Source: Pseudomonadota bacterium (lineage in GTDB: Bacteria > UBA10199 > 2-02-FULL-44-16 > JAAZCA01). Taken from it: DNA of 18,573 nucleotides. The DNA lies in NCBI GenBank assembly GCA_043822785.1, contig JBDRBN010000077.1, forward strand, positions 1-18,573, written 5' to 3'. Both the position numbers and the translations under genes were made by a program. This document shows positions 15,475 to 18,573 of the stretch, piece by piece. Within the stretch, counting starts at the first letter, position 1. The number at the start of each line of letters is the position of its first letter. The notes under the pieces are model-generated. The model saw only the letters and a list, made by a program, of their open reading frames with translations. It was not told the DNA's origin and did no database searches.

Positions 15475-17816
15475 TAATTATATTCAAGCATTTCTTCTTC
15501 GCCGCGCAAAACCCGTAAAGCGCCACGCACCAGCGCTTCAGTTTCTGATTCGCCAGGGTACTCGAAGATAGGAGCCAAAAAACCTACCATAAATCTAATG
15601 TATTTTGTAAGCGCTTCGCATGCAGCAAACTCGCCTGTTAGCGCTATGGCGTGCACCTGCCCCCTAAGCACTGCAGCGAGAGCGCCTATTTCTTTTGCGA
15701 CCTGATATCCCATAGCACGGATGACAGCATTGGCCTTTTCATCGCCTTGTTCGATAAGTCTGTTTATATTCTTTGGGCTCGTGGTTCCAAGGTAGGCCAA
15801 AACGCCACCAGCGCTGCGGATCATGTGCAGAACCGTTTCTTCAGTGGCACCTTGTGCAAAGCACATCTTCACCACATCCACGGTGGGCAAGGAACCTGCG
15901 TTGATTGCAGAGAACGGACCATCTCCGTCTAGCGCGTTATTCACATCCACAACTTTGCCTTGTCTGTGTGCGCCCACAGAAGTCCCTTCACCGATGTGAG
16001 CGACGATCGCATTTATCTTGTCATAACGCTTCAACAAGTTTTTGGCTACGCGCCTGACCACAGCCTTTTGGTTGGATGCGTGGAATATGCTCGTGCGCCT
16101 GATCTGAGGCAAGCCAGAGTAGTGCGCTACTTCGTCCATTTCGTCCACCACCACAGGATCAACTATGAACGCGTCGATGTCGTTAGCTTCTGCAATATCA
16201 TAGGCTATGGCAGCTCCCCAGTTTGAGGGATGTTGCCGCCATGCGTTTTTCTCAAGGTCGCGGATCATTCGCTGGGTCACGCGATAAACTCCACCTGGTA
16301 ATGGATGTAAAAAGCCTCCGCGCGCAGTGACTGCATCTACGGTAGACAGATCAATGTGCTGCTCTTTAAGTCGCTTGTCCAACTCCTGCTTCATAGAAGC
16401 TAGTTGCGTCATTCTTTCTTCGTGTGTCATTGCTCTATCCATATGGTGCGGAATGTATGTGTCGAACACAGGTATAGTATCGTCAAATATGGCAACGCGC
16501 GTAGCCAGTTGGCTTGGACATACGGCTAGCAACCGAAAGCTCCTTTCAGGTCGCTTAACCCTTATCAATGCGCCTAAGGCTCCGAGCACAAGCGATGGAA
16601 AGACCCAACCGATACCCATCTTTGAAAATGGAAGCGAGTCGCGCATGGCATTTATAGGAGCATAATCGATGCCGACAGCGTGCAGCGCATCGATGATGCC
16701 CACGATCATGGCTCCAGCTACAACGCCACGCCAGATATTGCGATTTTCCAAAGGGCCGCCGATTACGCACAAGACGACCATCGCCATTACAGCAGGGTAA
16801 AGAGTTGTGAGAACTGGTATAGCTACCTTGACTATCATCTCAACGCCCGCATTCGAGAGTATCAGGCTTGCTATTGCCACAACCCAGCAGATCGCTCCGT
16901 AGTTGAGCTTACCGTATGAGAGTTTATTGAAATATTCGCCGCAGACCACTGTGAGGCCGATCGCTGTGGTAAGGCATGCAACTGACACGACGATTCCAAG
17001 GAGGACGGCGCCGCCCTTGCCAAAGAGCGAATTTGCGATGTGTATTAATAGTTCAGTGCGAGTAAGACTTTGTGGCAGAGCGCTCATGGTTGCGCCTAGA
17101 TACGTGAGGCCGCCATAGATCACAGCCAAGGATACAGCGGATATGATGCCAGCTTTGATTATAGTATTCATCTGGAGCGACTTTTCAAATATGCCTTTGC
17201 TTCGTACTTCATTTAAAACAATTATTCCCATGATAGTCGCGCCTATGAGATCCATAGTGAGATAACCCTCGACCAAACCCTTGCCAAATGGATGTGTAAT
17301 ACCAGTGGATATTGGGCCTGCGATGGGATTTGTGATTCCACGAACGATGAGTACAAAAAGAGATATGAGCAACAGGGGCGTGAGTATCTTGCCGATTCTA
17401 TCCACCACGGATAATGGATTGAGAGCGAATAGCAGAACAACGCCAAAAAAGATTGCAGAGAATGCCCACGAATTTAGAAACGGAAAATTGGGGGCGATTG
17501 CTATTTCAAACGTCGTTGCACAGGTGCGGGGAATTGCGAACAGCGGACCGACCGCTAACATGATCATCACTGCAATAAGCTTTGCAAACCTGGGATCAAC
17601 CCGGCGTGCTATGTGATCGATTCCGCCTTCTGATTTTGCCACAGCAAGGATTCCCAACAAGGGTAGGCCAACGCCGGTTAGAAGAAACCCGATGGCAGAA
17701 TACACATATTCGTCGCCACTAAGTCTTCCTAGGCTTGGCGGAAAGATGAGGTTGCCTGCGCCAAAGAACATGGCAAACAGGGCAAATCCTAGGACTATCG
17801 CTATCTTACGATTCAT
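15474..17816 (-). CDS. brnQ: Fusion of a BrnQ (LIVCS) branched-chain amino acid transporter (aa 1 to about 420) and a butyrate-kinase-like domain (aa about 427-780)
   Basis: GFALFAMFFGAGNLIFPP, GPLFAIPR, IGKILTP, GYLTMD, ACLTTAIGL (BrnQ); RGG, VDPVVVDE, SIFHxxNQKAV, DVNNALDGDGPFS, YQVAKEIG, YPGExE (Buk); one uninterrupted ORF. Confidence 0.92.
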   Translation of the reverse strand: MNRKIAIVLGFALFAMFFGAGNLIFPPSLGRLSGDEYVYSAIGFLLTGVGLPLLGILAVAKSEGGIDHIARRVDPRFAKLIAVMIMLAVGPLFAIPRTCATTFEIAIAPNFPFLNSWAFSAIFFGVVLLFALNPLSVVDRIGKILTPLLLISLFVLIVRGITNPIAGPISTGITHPFGKGLVEGYLTMDLIGATIMGIIVLNEVRSKGIFEKSLQMNTIIKAGIISAVSLAVIYGGLTYLGATMSALPQSLTRTELLIHIANSLFGKGGAVLLGIVVSVACLTTAIGLTVVCGEYFNKLSYGKLNYGAICWVVAIASLILSNAGVEMIVKVAIPVLTTLYPAVMAMVVLCVIGGPLENRNIWRGVVAGAMIVGIIDALHAVGIDYAPINAMRDSLPFSKMGIGWVFPSLVLGALGALIRVKRPERSFRLLAVCPSQLATRVAIFDDTIPVFDTYIPHHMDRAMTHEERMTQLASMKQELDKRLKEQHIDLSTVDAVTARGGFLHPLPGGVYRVTQRMIRDLEKNAWRQHPSNWGAAIAYDIAEANDIDAFIVDPVVVDEMDEVAHYSGLPQIRRTSIFHASNQKAVVRRVAKNLLKRYDKINAIVAHIGEGTSVGAHRQGKVVDVNNALDGDGPFSAINAGSLPTVDVVKMCFAQGATEETVLHMIRSAGGVLAYLGTTSPKNINRLIEQGDEKANAVIRAMGYQVAKEIGALAAVLRGQVHAIALTGEFAACEALTKYIRFMVGFLAPIFEYPGESETEALVRGALRVLRGEEEMLEYN

Positions 17817-17969
17817 ATTTATGCAGCGCCGCTGCTTGTTGGGACGCTTCCTTTATAGGGGCGCAGACCTAATAGGAAAAAGCCCCTAAGTGCAACGATA
17901 ATTGAGTCTTCGGAAGATTTATTAAGCATTTACGCTGGACAAGAAACTTGATTTAATTGAGCTTAAGGC

Positions 17970-18052
17970 TCATCCTAAGACGTCCCACCGTTGGTGGGAC
18001 GATCGAAGGATCCCCCGAGATCCTTCGTCCGCCAAAGGCGGACTCAGGATGA
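17970..18052. repeat. REP-like palindromic dimer (TCATCCTAAG...CGAAGGATC / GATCCTTCG...CTCAGGATGA) with two different inner hairpins
   Basis: Same family as 3990-4044; inner hairpins CGTCCCACC-GTT-GGTGGGACG and GTCCGCC-AAA-GGCGGAC. Confidence 0.8.
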
Positions 18053-18065
18053 AAGGTTTTTTGCC

Positions 18066-18440
18066 ATGAACGGGGATATGCTGGCGCTAGTAATTTTGTT
18101 TTTACTCATAGCTGCAACTGTGGGCGCGATCGTCTCGTTGTCAGCTCTTATTGGACGTGTACGCGCACCAAAAGAAAGGCTCATCAGTTATGAGTGCGGA
18201 CTTGATCCTGCTGTTAGCACAAGGCGTCCATTTCCTATAAAGTTTTTTCTCATAGCAGTTCTTTTTATAATATTTGATGTTGAGGTGGTGCTTCTCTTTC
18301 CGTGGGCGATAGCGTTTAACAAAGCAATTGCTGCCGGGGAAGGGACGGTCTTGTTGGTGGAGCTAATCATCTTTCTTGCGCTGCTTGGTTTGGCGCTCGT
18401 GTTTGCGTTGGGCAAGGGAGCGCTTAAGTGGGAAGAATAA
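18066..18440 (+). CDS. nuoA: NADH-quinone oxidoreductase subunit A (alternative start at 18078)
   Basis: YECG, FFLIAVLFIIFDVEVVLLFPWA, KGALKW motifs; the longer ORF call from 17991 is translated repeat. Confidence 0.93.
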   Translation: MNGDMLALVILFLLIAATVGAIVSLSALIGRVRAPKERLISYECGLDPAVSTRRPFPIKFFLIAVLFIIFDVEVVLLFPWAIAFNKAIAAGEGTVLLVELIIFLALLGLALVFALGKGALKWEE

Positions 18441-18447
18441 TTGCTTC

Positions 18448-18573
18448 AAGGTAAACCCCCAGCTCTGCTGGGGGACTCACAGGGTTTGACATTTGCGGGA
18501 GTAAAAAACAGCCTCCGAACCGTGAACCGCCCAAGGCTCAACGGCAAGGAGGCCCGATGCATGATGCAGCCTC
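18448..18573 (+). mobile_element. Left end of an IS200/IS605-family element; putative tnpA start at ATG 18557, truncated by the window
   Basis: GGTAAA followed by hairpin CCCCCAGC-TCT-GCTGGGGG, TTGACA, then a GCCTCC...GGAGGC hairpin occluding the AAGGAGG RBS. This is the IS200-type layout; only 5 codons are visible. Confidence 0.65.

Noticed and set aside
17891..17902. TGCAACGATAAT as a fifth copy of the promoter motif
   Set aside because: The two boxes overlap with no 16-nt spacer
1248..18052. CRISPR array interpretation of the palindromes
   Set aside because: Copies are dispersed, not regularly spaced with unique spacers, and no cas genes are present
17991..18065. N-terminal extension of NuoA
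   Set aside because: Translated repeat dimer; the NuoA-like sequence begins at 18066 or 18078

Overview
Bacterial chromosomal DNA of about 48% GC by eye. MYXO-CTERM-like tails and the repeat types suggest a deltaproteobacteria-like lineage, which is inference only. Gene order: a beta-barrel-like ORF (+); queD and a FolM/pteridine-reductase-like SDR (-); two paralogous thrombospondin type-3 repeat surface proteins (+); metH (+); a Fic-HTH gene (+); a HEAT-repeat gene interrupted by an in-frame TAG (+); a minus-strand three-gene cluster (BrnQ fused to a degenerate butyrate-kinase domain, a 1406-aa CoA-enzyme activase/dehydratase-type fusion, and a TMEM229/CmpB-like membrane protein); nuoA (+); and the left end of an IS200-like element. 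Main signals: (1) the BrnQ-pseudo-Buk fusion; (2) a bipartite motif CGCAAC-N16-CGAWAA upstream of four surface/effector-like genes, one copy with a poly-A spacer; (3) a family of nested, covarying REP-like palindromes, some translated inside genes; (4) a 48-bp diverged duplication of the metH 3' end that brackets the fic gene and supplies its C-terminus.
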